A stretch of 64,000 bases of DNA from Eledone cirrhosa. Lineage: Eukaryota. The DNA lies in assembly GCA_964016885.1 (NCBI GenBank), contig OZ024740.1:3658001-3722000 (forward strand), read 5' to 3'. Below are positions 63,600 through 64,000 of the stretch, one piece after another; the first letter of the stretch is position 1, and each line of letters begins with the position of its first letter. Position numbers and translations under genes: made by a program. The notes under the pieces were generated by a model. That model ran no database searches and was not told where the DNA came from. It worked only from the letters and a program-made list of their open reading frames with translations.

Positions 63600-63862
63600 T
63601 TAATTTTTGTATTTGCTTTGCAAGATTTCTTATCTGAGCTCACAAAAACAAGATGGTGTAGGACAGAACATAGGAGAGACACAAAATAACAAATTAGTCA
63701 CTGAGGAGGTCACAGAATGTGTGACAAAAGAGCTTTGAAAATAAACAAATAAAACAACCATCTGATTAGTAATCTAACCAACTGGAAGTTTATAATAAGT
63801 TGAAGTGAAAACCAATAGATGCATGTGTTTTTATTGGCAGCATGACCCTCCTAAAGTATAAC
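63600..63862 (+). mobile_element. Solo pLTR of the 6659 PLE family with decayed hammerhead
   Basis: gtca-CTGAGGA-ggtcacagaatgtgtgac-AAAA; ends catgaccctcctaaagtataac. Confidence 0.75.
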
Positions 63863-63873
63863 TATATATATAT

Positions 63874-64000
63874 AGGAAAGGTGTAGGTAGGAACTCCATT
63901 CTTTGCCCCAAATGCAAACAATGGGTACACAAGAGATGTAGCGGGATCTCAGGAAGCTTAATTAAGAATGTAGGATTCACATGCAGCAGCTGTGCTGAAA
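63874..64000 (+). mobile_element. RTE family B fragment running off the window end
   Basis: Matches 52936-53060. Confidence 0.9.

Overview
This is repeat-dominated eukaryotic DNA, not prokaryotic. The SINE and RTE complement and the very high microsatellite load suggest an octopus-like cephalopod (inference). I found no recognisable host-gene exon, and most listed ORFs are artefacts of simple repeats. Contents: a ~16 kb (GGTGGTGTN)n array with 1.8-2.3 kb higher-order repeats (21.6-37.6 kb); more than 12 copies of three RTE-clade LINE families whose RT carries an internal C4HC3 PHD-like finger; an R4/Dong-like RLE LINE in (CATA)n; CR1 and L1/Tx1 remnants; three tRNA-derived SINE types; piggyBac-like MITEs; a probable hATm relic; and several minisatellites grown from TE sequence. 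The strongest non-obvious signal is about 10 sequence-distinct short elements sitting mostly in (TA)n tracts. Most are fold-back palindromes and most carry a readable or degenerate minimal type-I hammerhead ribozyme (Penelope-like pLTR relics). In several, the fold-back junction coincides with a ribozyme helix. All calls were made by eye and boundaries are approximate.
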